64,000 nucleotides of DNA from Chlamydiia bacterium (GTDB lineage: Bacteria > Chlamydiota > Chlamydiia > Chlamydiales > 2-12-FULL-49-11): the NCBI GenBank assembly GCA_044359535.1, contig JBIKLZ010000001.1, forward strand, positions 94,855 through 158,854, read 5' to 3'. Numbering within the stretch: the stretch's first letter is position 1; the number at the start of each line of letters is the position of its first letter. The translations under genes were made by a program, and so were the position numbers. The notes beneath the pieces are model-generated. The model did not search any database. It saw only the letters and a program-made list of their open reading frames with translations, and had not been told where the DNA came from. Positions 1 to 7,928 of this stretch are shown here, one piece after another.

Positions 1-2
1 TG

Positions 3-638
3 ATTTTTATTTCCTTTAGTTATCAAGGAACTATTCCTACTCTTTACAACTATTTAAATCAAAATGGGAAGCAAGCAAGAGCAGCGGTAATTTTTGGAAC
101 CCTTATTCCATTTTTAGCCTATATTATTTGGGATTTTGTAATTAAAGGGATTGTCCCTGTAGAGGGAACTTATGGCCTTCTTGCAGCAAAATTATCAGGA
201 GACAGTGCTATTGCCCCTCTTGCTTATATCACGCAAGACTCAAGGATTTCCCTTTTAGGAAGGGTGTTTGCTTTTTTTGCAATTGCCACCTCCTTTATCG
301 GTGTAGGGCTTGCAATGGTCGATTTTTTTGCCGATCTTTTTAAAATAGAGGCCAAAAAAGGTTCAAGAACCTCTATTGTCCTTTTGATCTTAGTTCCCGT
401 AGTTACAATTGTTGCGATCAACCCATCGATTTTTTTAACAGCCTTAACCCTCGCAGGGGGGTTTGGCTCAGCACTTCTTTTGGGTCTTTTGCCAATTGTC
501 CTTGTTTGGATTGGAAGGAATAAAAAGGGGTTTAAATCAAAGGACACCTATCTTCCTGGGGGAAAAAAGGTTCTTTTTTTGATGACAATTGCCATTTTTA
601 TAGAAATTGGAATCAGTATTGCTGCATTCATCCATTAA
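3..638 (+). CDS. tyrP: Aromatic amino acid (tyrosine/tryptophan) permease, 5'-truncated by window edge
   Basis: Frame is open from base 3 (IFISFSYQGTIPTLYNYL...GTLIPFLAYIIW...FAFFAIATSFIGVGL), typical of the TyrP/Mtr family; multiple TM segments. The track start at 264 is internal. Confidence 0.8.
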   Translation: MFISFSYQGTIPTLYNYLNQNGKQARAAVIFGTLIPFLAYIIWDFVIKGIVPVEGTYGLLAAKLSGDSAIAPLAYITQDSRISLLGRVFAFFAIATSFIGVGLAMVDFFADLFKIEAKKGSRTSIVLLILVPVVTIVAINPSIFLTALTLAGGFGSALLLGLLPIVLVWIGRNKKGFKSKDTYLPGGKKVLFLMTIAIFIEIGISIAAFIH

Positions 639-1086
639 AGATAAGGGAGCTATTTTTTTCTAAAAAAGTCTCTTTAAAACGATATTGATCAAGCAACCCC
701 GTTACATCCCATCCAAGGATAAGATAAGCGATAAATAGCGCTTCAATACTTGCAAGCCCCCGCGTTTCATCACTACAGGCTGTGTTTTTTCTTGGGTATG
801 CTGTTTTAAAAGGGGGTAAAGAACGTCTTTGAGGGGTAAAAGGGAGCGTTTTTTCCATTTTTTCTGCAAGTTTCCACGTCCCATCAATGAGATAAATCCC
901 TTTTTCATTTCCCTCTAATACAGGGGCGTCCATCGATAGGAGGACAAAGTCGCAATAGTGGGGTAAATGTTGCTTTGGATAGGAATAAAAGGCCATATCG
1001 GTGCGCTCTTCAAGACCTGTAAGGGAGCACTTTTTTAAATTTTCCCTTTTATGGCGTAGAATAACTGCTTTTAATTCATCTTTCAT
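628..1086 (-). CDS. TDD-superfamily (Tsr3/DTW, DUF367-like) putative RNA aminocarboxypropyltransferase
   Basis: Motifs ENLKKCSL, IDGTWKLA, RSLP..KTAYPR, GLASIEA. Confidence 0.6.
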   Translation of the reverse strand: MKDELKAVILRHKRENLKKCSLTGLEERTDMAFYSYPKQHLPHYCDFVLLSMDAPVLEGNEKGIYLIDGTWKLAEKMEKTLPFTPQRRSLPPFKTAYPRKNTACSDETRGLASIEALFIAYLILGWDVTGLLDQYRFKETFLEKNSSLIFNG

Positions 1087-2944
1087 AGGATTCTAAGGGT
1101 TGTAGGTTGTTAAAAGCCTCAAATTCAAGGAGATTTTTTGGAATATCAAAGAGAAATCTACAGGCATTGCGGGTCATCGGTTTTCCTCTAAATAGACGCT
1201 TTCTTGCCATCGACAGGTAAAGGTACTCTTTAGCTCTTGTAATAGCGACATAAAATAGACGGCGCTCTTCTTCTAACCCCCCTTCTTCAATGCTTTTTTC
1301 ATGAGGCATTGTCCCATCTTCAAGTGAGACAATAAAGCATGCCTTAAACTCAAGACCTTTTGCACTGTGAAAGGTTAGAAGGGAGATTCCGTTTTTTTTT
1401 CGATCTTTGGAGTGCATGTGGTCATCAAGCAACGAGCCATTGATAAAATCACCAAGAGAGGCGTTGTCTTGATCAGCTATTTTAGCCATCTCAAGACATG
1501 TAGCTATGTTGTCTAACTTATACATTTGAGCCTGCTCACTTTTCACCTCTTTTTTAATTTCCTCTTTAAGATTAAGTTCATCGATGAGACAGTGAAGTTT
1601 TTCTGAAAGGCTCTTTTTTTCTTGGGCTTTTCTAATGATTGAATTGAAAGTGGAGATCCCAATTTTTCCTTGTGGGGAGATGTCTAAATGATCGTAATAA
1701 TCAAGAGTCTCATATACAGAGCACTGTAAGCGAGAAGCTTCTTTTGTTAACGCTTCAATAGAGGCTGTGGATACCCCCCTTTTTGGATAGTTTAAAATAC
1801 GTAAAAGAGCTGTGGTGTCTTTTGGATTATGAAGCACTTTTAAGTAGGCAAAAAGATCCTTTACCTCCGATCTTTGATAAAATGAGGTCCCCTGGACCAC
1901 ATGGTAGGGAATTCCCCTTACCCATTTGCCTTCGTCATTCCAAGAAGCTTGCATTAAAGCCACTTCGAAGGGTTTAGTTAAATTGTTGGATCTATAAAGG
2001 ATGGCAATATCAGACCACTGAAGTTTTTTTTGTTCCTTTAAATAGATCAGTCTATGAATAATGCTTTCGGCCTCTTCTTTTTCAGTAGGGGCATGAAAAA
2101 GACGGGGGAGGTTTGTGCTCCTTTTTTTTGAAAAAAGAACCTTTTGATGCCTTGTCATATTTTTTGCGATCAGCACATTTGCAATATCTAAAATCGGTTG
2201 GGTTGAGCGGTAATTTTCCTCAAGAGTGACAACTGTGTCATGGGGAAAATTAAGAATATGATCCACTTGAGCCCCTCTAAATCCATAGATAGATTGATCA
2301 TCATCTCCAACAACAAAAAGATTTCTATTCTTTTCGGTCAAAAGTTCAATGAGTTCATATTGGATGGCATTAGTGTCTTGATATTCATCTACCATCACAA
2401 ATTCAAACTGTTCTTGATATTCTTTAAGAACTTTTGGGTGATTTTTGAAAAGTTCAACAGTAAGCTCTAAAAGTCCATCAAAGTCAACAGCATTGTAGGC
2501 TTTTAAAACCCCTGTCATCCCTTTTCTAAAAGCATCAGATGTCACCTTGCTTTCCTCTTTAAGAGATAAAGCTTGATAGACTTCATCTTCAAGTCTTTCT
2601 TTATCTCTATCGTCATAGAGGGAAAAGGTCTCTGTGTAGCCAAGGTGATGAATGTGCTTTTTTAACACATCTAAACAAAAACTATGAAAGGTGAGCAAGG
2701 GGATTGTTTCCCCTACAGTTTTTCCAACCCGCTTAGAAATACGGGTACGCATTTCAGCTGCGGCTTTATTTGTAAAGGTCAGCCCTAAAATGCTTGAGGG
2801 TTTTACCCCATGATCCTTGATTAAATGAACAATTCTCTCAGTAAGGACGGTGGTTTTTCCAGAACCAGCTCCTGCTAAAACTAACACTTTACCATAGACA
2901 GTAGAGCAGGCTTGCTTTTGAGATGAATTAAGTTTGGGTTGCAT
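1076..2944 (-). CDS. UvrD/Rep/PcrA-family ATP-dependent DNA helicase
   Basis: LNSSQ, AGAGSGKT, TFTNKAA, VDEYQD, VGDDDQSIYGFRGA, NYRS, TFHSAKGLEF, EERRLFYVAITRA. Start placed at MQPKLN (2944), overlapping the rnpA end. Confidence 0.93.
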   Translation of the reverse strand: MQPKLNSSQKQACSTVYGKVLVLAGAGSGKTTVLTERIVHLIKDHGVKPSSILGLTFTNKAAAEMRTRISKRVGKTVGETIPLLTFHSFCLDVLKKHIHHLGYTETFSLYDDRDKERLEDEVYQALSLKEESKVTSDAFRKGMTGVLKAYNAVDFDGLLELTVELFKNHPKVLKEYQEQFEFVMVDEYQDTNAIQYELIELLTEKNRNLFVVGDDDQSIYGFRGAQVDHILNFPHDTVVTLEENYRSTQPILDIANVLIAKNMTRHQKVLFSKKRSTNLPRLFHAPTEKEEAESIIHRLIYLKEQKKLQWSDIAILYRSNNLTKPFEVALMQASWNDEGKWVRGIPYHVVQGTSFYQRSEVKDLFAYLKVLHNPKDTTALLRILNYPKRGVSTASIEALTKEASRLQCSVYETLDYYDHLDISPQGKIGISTFNSIIRKAQEKKSLSEKLHCLIDELNLKEEIKKEVKSEQAQMYKLDNIATCLEMAKIADQDNASLGDFINGSLLDDHMHSKDRKKNGISLLTFHSAKGLEFKACFIVSLEDGTMPHEKSIEEGGLEEERRLFYVAITRAKEYLYLSMARKRLFRGKPMTRNACRFLFDIPKNLLEFEAFNNLQPLESYER

Positions 2945-3308
2945 CGGATGAGCCTTTTGTAATTGTTGTAATAAAATGGCTCCAATCTGAAAATAGTTCT
3001 TCGAAAGATGCAGATTTCCCCCCTTGGAGAGGGAGAATATTGATGTGGAGAGATTGAGGGAAATAGGGAACAAGATGTCTATATATTTCTTTCATTCTTC
3101 GTTTAAAAAGATTTCTTGAAACTGCATCGCCAAATTTTTTTGAAACAGTAAGGCCTAGTTTTTGCTGCTCTTTAGGATCAATAAGGTACTGAAAACAGAT
3201 GTATTTTCCATAATGCTTGACCCCAAGAGCTCGAATTTTTCCAAACTCCCATTTTTTTCTAACATGCATCTTTCTTGTGAAAGAATAGGTTAGACTGTCA
3301 GCTGCCAA
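2928..3308 (-). CDS. rnpA: Ribonuclease P protein component
   Basis: [25 protein letters not shown] (RNR-like motif); follows rpmH. TTG start at 3308 is inferred. Confidence 0.88.
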   Translation of the reverse strand: MAADSLTYSFTRKMHVRKKWEFGKIRALGVKHYGKYICFQYLIDPKEQQKLGLTVSKKFGDAVSRNLFKRRMKEIYRHLVPYFPQSLHINILPLQGGKSASFEELFSDWSHFITTITKGSSDATQT

Positions 3309-3424
3309 CGACCCCGTTGTCTTCTTCTGTTTAAGACCTTGCGCCCACCTGGAGTTGCCATACGTGCACGAAACCCATGGGATCTTTTTCTTCTTATCTT
3401 GCTTGGTTGATACGTTCTTTTCAT
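3290..3424 (-). CDS. rpmH: 50S ribosomal protein L34 (missed by ORF track)
   Basis: Hand translation: [44 protein letters not shown]. Confidence 0.97.
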   Translation of the reverse strand: MKRTYQPSKIRRKRSHGFRARMATPGGRKVLNRRRQRGRWQLTV

Positions 3425-3465
3425 AATTCATGACTCTCAAATTTTTTGTAACTATAATGAGAGAA

Positions 3466-3494
3466 ATGATAGCAGGATAGATTATATTTGTCAA
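3466..3494 (-). promoter_or_regulatory. Sigma70/66-type promoter for rpmH-rnpA
   Basis: TTGACA-17 nt-TATCAT on the minus strand, about 40 nt upstream of rpmH. Confidence 0.6.
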
Positions 3495-3556
3495 TAATTC
3501 TCGAAAATGATATCCTTCTGCCTATATTTAATAAATGTACAGGAAATAGGAAATCT

Positions 3557-3694
3557 ATGAAAGTTCGAGCATCTGTAAAAGCAGACCAAAGTAAAGGGGA
3601 TAAACTTGTTCGCCGCAAGGGCAGGCTATATGTAATTAATAAACTTGATCCAAGACGTAAGCAACGTCAAACAGGACCAGCAAGAAAAAAATAG
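3557..3694 (+). CDS. rpmJ: 50S ribosomal protein L36 (Cys-free type)
   Basis: [41 protein letters not shown] at 3557. Confidence 0.95.
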   Translation: MKVRASVKADQSKGDKLVRRKGRLYVINKLDPRRKQRQTGPARKK

Positions 3695-3706
3695 AAAGGA
3701 GATCAA

Positions 3707-4012
3707 ATGGCTAGAAAAGCACTTGTTGAGAAAGAGAAACGACGCGTTAAGATGGTAAAAAATGCCGCGGTCAAAAGAGCACAATTAAAAAAAGTGATTA
3801 AATCTTTTGAGACCTCAGATGAGGATAGACTCAATGCTGTGGATACACTCAATAAAATGAAAAAAAGTTCATCTAAGGTGAGATTGCATAACAGGTGTCA
3901 ACTTACAGGGAGACCTCGAGGCTACATGAGAAAATTTGGTGTATCAAGACTTTGTTTTAGAGAGCTTGCATTAGAGGGTCTTATCCCTGGAATTACAAAA
4001 TCTTCTTGGTAA
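3707..4012 (+). CDS. rpsN: 30S ribosomal protein S14 (long, non-zinc type)
   Basis: 101 aa; [27 protein letters not shown]...PGITKSSW. Confidence 0.97.
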   Translation: MARKALVEKEKRRVKMVKNAAVKRAQLKKVIKSFETSDEDRLNAVDTLNKMKKSSSKVRLHNRCQLTGRPRGYMRKFGVSRLCFRELALEGLIPGITKSSW

Positions 4013-4038
4013 TCTTCTTGTTAACACTAAGAAAATTA

Positions 4039-4073
4039 GACCCATTAGTTGTACAGCTAATGGGTTTTTTTTT
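4039..4073 (+). terminator. Intrinsic terminator after rpsN
   Basis: Hairpin cccattagttg-ta-cagctaatggg followed by a T9 run. Confidence 0.8.
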
Positions 4074-4106
4074 GATTCAATTTAAATAGACTTCTTTCGA
4101 ATACAT

Positions 4107-4613
4107 TTATTCAATAAAATCTGGATCCAAGATTAAATTTGCATTAGAAAAATCTGAAATAAGAGACCATTGATCAAATTCTTCGCACCAAATATAGCCA
4201 TTACAATCCACTTTATTTTTTTGAATTTCTTCACGAAATTCTTTGATTTTATATGGACCTTTGATGGCATTGCCAACAGATGGATCGATGTAGTACCAAT
4301 CTAAAGTGCGATTGGCCGAGAGCCTTTTTTGTCTTGGAAAATCAAAATTTTCATTATCATCTATTGATGCAGCCGATTCGTTATGAATTTTTAAGTCTTT
4401 TGCACAGGGTTCTTTAAGTGGATTAGAAAGCTTGTTTTCCTTTTTTGGAAGGATAAGGAGGGCAATGATAGCAAATATTCCAAAAAAGAATCCTAGAGCC
4501 CCCCACACTTTTGGATTACGCCCTTGACCTTTTGCGGTGTAATAGCAAACAACCCCTAAAAGGGAGGGAATAACCACAGATAAAAGGGCTAAAAGGGTAT
4601 TAAAGTCGTCCAT
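4107..4613 (-). CDS. Membrane protein with C-terminal GYF_2/DUF4339-like domain
   Basis: Two TM helices (GRNPKVWGALGFFFG), then WYY...GPY...YIWCEEFDQW. GGAG RBS precedes ATG 4613. Confidence 0.7.
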   Translation of the reverse strand: MDDFNTLLALLSVVIPSLLGVVCYYTAKGQGRNPKVWGALGFFFGIFAIIALLILPKKENKLSNPLKEPCAKDLKIHNESAASIDDNENFDFPRQKRLSANRTLDWYYIDPSVGNAIKGPYKIKEFREEIQKNKVDCNGYIWCEEFDQWSLISDFSNANLILDPDFIE

Positions 4614-4810
4614 GGGTAGTATCTCCGTGTATAGCTGCATCCTATATTTTTTTTCTGTTTTAGGAAACAAATTGTTGAGTGTACCCTATATTGTGTTTAT
4701 TAACAATTGAAGATCAATGCCATTTTTATAAACATGGGTGCATTTTGACCTTGCAGAAAATGGAAGAAATAGTTCAAAATCAAGATAATTTAGAGCTTTA
4801 AGGGGCAAAA

Positions 4811-5278
4811 ATGACCATAGATGATGACTCAGACCCATTTGATGATATCGATACTAAAGAGATGGATATTCCTGAAACGATCTATATTAGGGATATAGAA
4901 ACCCGTGTCTTTCAATCTATTACGATAAAATGCCTATCATCGATTGATGGAATAGCCCTTCTGGAGGGGACTTTAATGGACAATCTCCTTGGAAGAGAAG
5001 GACTTGAGAGAATTAAGGGAATTTATGTTGAGCAGGATGTAAAGAATCGCTCTGTAAGCATCAAAATTGAGTTAAATATCTATTATGGAATTTCTCTTCC
5101 TGAAAAATCTGAGGAGATTCAAGAAAAAATTGTTAGGGAAATTTCGACCCTTACAGGGCTTCATGTCTCTTCAGTTCATGTGGTTTTTAAAAATCTTCTT
5201 TTAGAACGGCCAAAACTTCAAGAGCGTTCAGACACTCCTGCTTTTGAGGATGAAATGGAAGAGTTTATCTCATCGTAA
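4811..5278 (+). CDS. Asp23/Gls24 family protein
   Basis: KGIYVE...ELNIYYGISLPEKSEEIQEKI..EISTLTGLHVSSVHV. Confidence 0.85.
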   Translation: MTIDDDSDPFDDIDTKEMDIPETIYIRDIETRVFQSITIKCLSSIDGIALLEGTLMDNLLGREGLERIKGIYVEQDVKNRSVSIKIELNIYYGISLPEKSEEIQEKIVREISTLTGLHVSSVHVVFKNLLLERPKLQERSDTPAFEDEMEEFISS

Positions 5279-5363
5279 GTCATTCATAATGAGACTTATT
5301 TTAATTGATCGATTTTAATTAATAAATATGATATAATTAATATAAACAATCAAAAGGTGCATT

Positions 5364-6161
5364 ATGGATTCATTAAGTTCAAACAGTGGTGTTTTTGAAG
5401 TGAGGGCAGTACCATCTCTCGATATGAGAAAAAAGACGGCACAAGCTCTTTTTATTACTGGAATTGTTTTATTAGCAACAACAGTGATTGGTGGGTTAGC
5501 AATACTTATTGTCATTGCCTCTGTAAAAAGTCTACGCACTGGATTAAAGTATGTTCTTGGGATGCAGACTAATGTTCTTCAAATGAAGGAGAAAAAGCTT
5601 ATAAACTGTGGTTTAGTAGGAGAAACTGCTAGATACGAAGATAATCAAGGGCCTCAGTGGGCAAATGCCATTACTTTCATAATTAAAGATGAACAAGAGG
5701 TTCACTCATTAATTCTTTCAGCACAAGTTACAGATGCGCAGTTAGAAGAGCTTGAAACTTTAGGAATAACAACGGTGATTGCTGTCCAAGAGGATTGGGA
5801 GCTTAATAATAATCCAAAGAATTTACCCACACTTGCTCTTTCTTTTCCTGAAAATGTGACAAGAGATGTTCACCGGATTGCCGATCACACTACAATAGAT
5901 GAAACTGGTTTAGAAACTCTTGCCGACAAAATTTCTAAGGGGCTTGAACTGGGGTCTGTCCTTGTCCACTGTAAGTCAGGTAGGGGAAGATCTGCTCAAG
6001 CAATTGTAGCTTACTTAATCAAGTATGAAGGGTTAACTCCAAAGGAAGCGATGGATAAGGTTAAAGAAGCAAGGCGGTTTGCAACATTTAGCAAAAAAAC
6101 CATTAAAGTATTTGAACAATTTCATGAAAAATTAGAGCAAGGCCGATCGCACCCTTTGTAA
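5364..6161 (+). CDS. Membrane-anchored dual-specificity/PTPMT1-like phosphatase (candidate effector)
   Basis: CX5R loop VLVHCKSGRGRS, acid-loop IADH, N-terminal hydrophobic segment of about 27 aa. Confidence 0.8.
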   Translation: MDSLSSNSGVFEVRAVPSLDMRKKTAQALFITGIVLLATTVIGGLAILIVIASVKSLRTGLKYVLGMQTNVLQMKEKKLINCGLVGETARYEDNQGPQWANAITFIIKDEQEVHSLILSAQVTDAQLEELETLGITTVIAVQEDWELNNNPKNLPTLALSFPENVTRDVHRIADHTTIDETGLETLADKISKGLELGSVLVHCKSGRGRSAQAIVAYLIKYEGLTPKEAMDKVKEARRFATFSKKTIKVFEQFHEKLEQGRSHPL

Positions 6162-7928
6162 GTCTTTTAAAGAGATTCCCTTAATAGAAAGAATGTCTTC
6201 ATCTAAAGCCCCTTTAATTCCAGCAACGGATCCAAAGGCGTTGAGCAAGAGCCCCTTTTTTTTGGGGCCAATCCCTTTTATAGAGTCAAGGACAGAGGCT
6301 CTAGAGGCTTTTACTGTTTTTTTTCGATGAAAAGAAATAGCCCTTCTATGGGCTTCATCGCGGATATTTTGGAGAAGAAATAGGAGGGGGCAATGTCTAT
6401 CAAAAGTGATGGGATCGACCCTTTTTGGGATGTAGACCCGTTCTTTAGTGAGCCCTTTATCATGGCGACCCCCCTCTTTTGTGAGAGCTCTAATCTCAAC
6501 ATCAAGGATATTTAACTCTTTAAGAGCCTCTTGTAAAACCCCAAGTTGCCCTTTGCCCCCATCAATAAGGATGAGATCAGGGAGATCTTGGAGTTTACTA
6601 TATCTTCTTAAGATCACCTCTTTCATTAGAAAAAGGTCATCGGCATAGGTGCTTTTTTCCACATGATAATTTCTATAGGAAGATCTATCGGGGTGGGCAT
6701 TTTTAAAAACAACAATGGCAGCTACAGAATCCTTTCCCCCTAAAGAGGAGGTGTCAATACACTCAATAACTACCGGGATTTTCTTCAAGAAGAGCTTTTC
6801 CTTAAGTTCAATAAGGAGGGTTTCACAATCCACATCGCTGCTTTGCTCCCTCTCTAAAATCTCCTTTGCATTTTCTAAAGCTAAAGAGACTAATTTTTCT
6901 TTTTCCCCAATTTTAGGAAAAAGAAGGGGGATACCGATAATTGAACTTATATCCTTTTTATCAGGGAGATCTTCAGAGATATAGATAGAGGTGGGCTTAT
7001 CCTCAATAGTTTCGTAGTGCTGTAAAATAAAGGCCGATAAGGTCGATGATCGATCACTTGCGATGTTGTTGAAAGAAAAGTGGATCCCATCGACAAGGAG
7101 TTTATTTCTAAAGATCAGTTTATAAATGATGCACACCCCCGATCGTAAAAGGAGTGCAAGGACATCGATATTCTCTACAGAGGTGACAGCAACAGAGTGT
7201 TTTTTTGTAAGGGACAAAAGCATCCTATGGTAGTTGCCCGCTTTTTCAAAAAGGAGATTTTTAGAGGCTAAAGAGATCTCCTCTTTTAGGTAGGCAGCCA
7301 CAGAGGTGCTATCCCCTGTGATGTAGATTTTAGCCCCATGAACTAAGTCTTTATATTCCTTTTTAGATATTTTTTTTGTACAGGGAGCGCTGCATTTATC
7401 AATAGTATGGAGGATACAGGGGCGTTTACGACTGAAAAATTCTTTATCTGAGCACGATCTAAGGTGAAAGACCCTTCGGACAATTTCAAAATGAGTTTTT
7501 GCGGTTAAACTACTTGTGTAGGGCTGTGATAGGATAAAAGGAGCTTGATTTTTCATAGGGAATCGCTCAATAGAAATTCTTGGAAAATCGCTATCTTTAT
7601 GAATGGCTAAACAGGTGTAACTTTTATCATCCTTTAAAAGGATATTATACTTAGGTTTATGCTTTTTGATTAAAGTGTTTTCTAAGATTAAGGCTTCTTT
7701 TTCAGTAAAGGTGATAAAGGTGTCAATTGTTGTCACCTTTTCAAGGAGAAAGGGGATTTGAAGACGGCTATCTTCTCTTCCTGATTGATAACTTTTCATC
7801 CTTTTTTTAATGTCTAGAGCTTTTCCAATATAAAGAATGGTCCCTTCTTTATCACGCATGAGGTAAACCCCACATTTACTAGGGATATTTCCATCAAAGG
7901 GGGAAGTTATAGGAGGCTTTTTTTCCAT
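6132..7928 (-). CDS. uvrC: Excinuclease ABC subunit C
   Basis: GIY-YIG (GVYLM..LYIGKA, PKYNILLKDDKSY), IECIDTS, LILIDGGKGQL, RDEAHR, HhH tail. Confidence 0.96.
   Translation of the reverse strand: MEKKPPITSPFDGNIPSKCGVYLMRDKEGTILYIGKALDIKKRMKSYQSGREDSRLQIPFLLEKVTTIDTFITFTEKEALILENTLIKKHKPKYNILLKDDKSYTCLAIHKDSDFPRISIERFPMKNQAPFILSQPYTSSLTAKTHFEIVRRVFHLRSCSDKEFFSRKRPCILHTIDKCSAPCTKKISKKEYKDLVHGAKIYITGDSTSVAAYLKEEISLASKNLLFEKAGNYHRMLLSLTKKHSVAVTSVENIDVLALLLRSGVCIIYKLIFRNKLLVDGIHFSFNNIASDRSSTLSAFILQHYETIEDKPTSIYISEDLPDKKDISSIIGIPLLFPKIGEKEKLVSLALENAKEILEREQSSDVDCETLLIELKEKLFLKKIPVVIECIDTSSLGGKDSVAAIVVFKNAHPDRSSYRNYHVEKSTYADDLFLMKEVILRRYSKLQDLPDLILIDGGKGQLGVLQEALKELNILDVEIRALTKEGGRHDKGLTKERVYIPKRVDPITFDRHCPLLFLLQNIRDEAHRRAISFHRKKTVKASRASVLDSIKGIGPKKKGLLLNAFGSVAGIKGALDEDILSIKGISLKDLQRVRSALL

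Noticed and set aside
3557-4012. Zinc-free L36 and S14 as a zinc-starvation paralogue set
   Set aside because: They occupy the normal chlamydial locus and no Zur-like site was seen.
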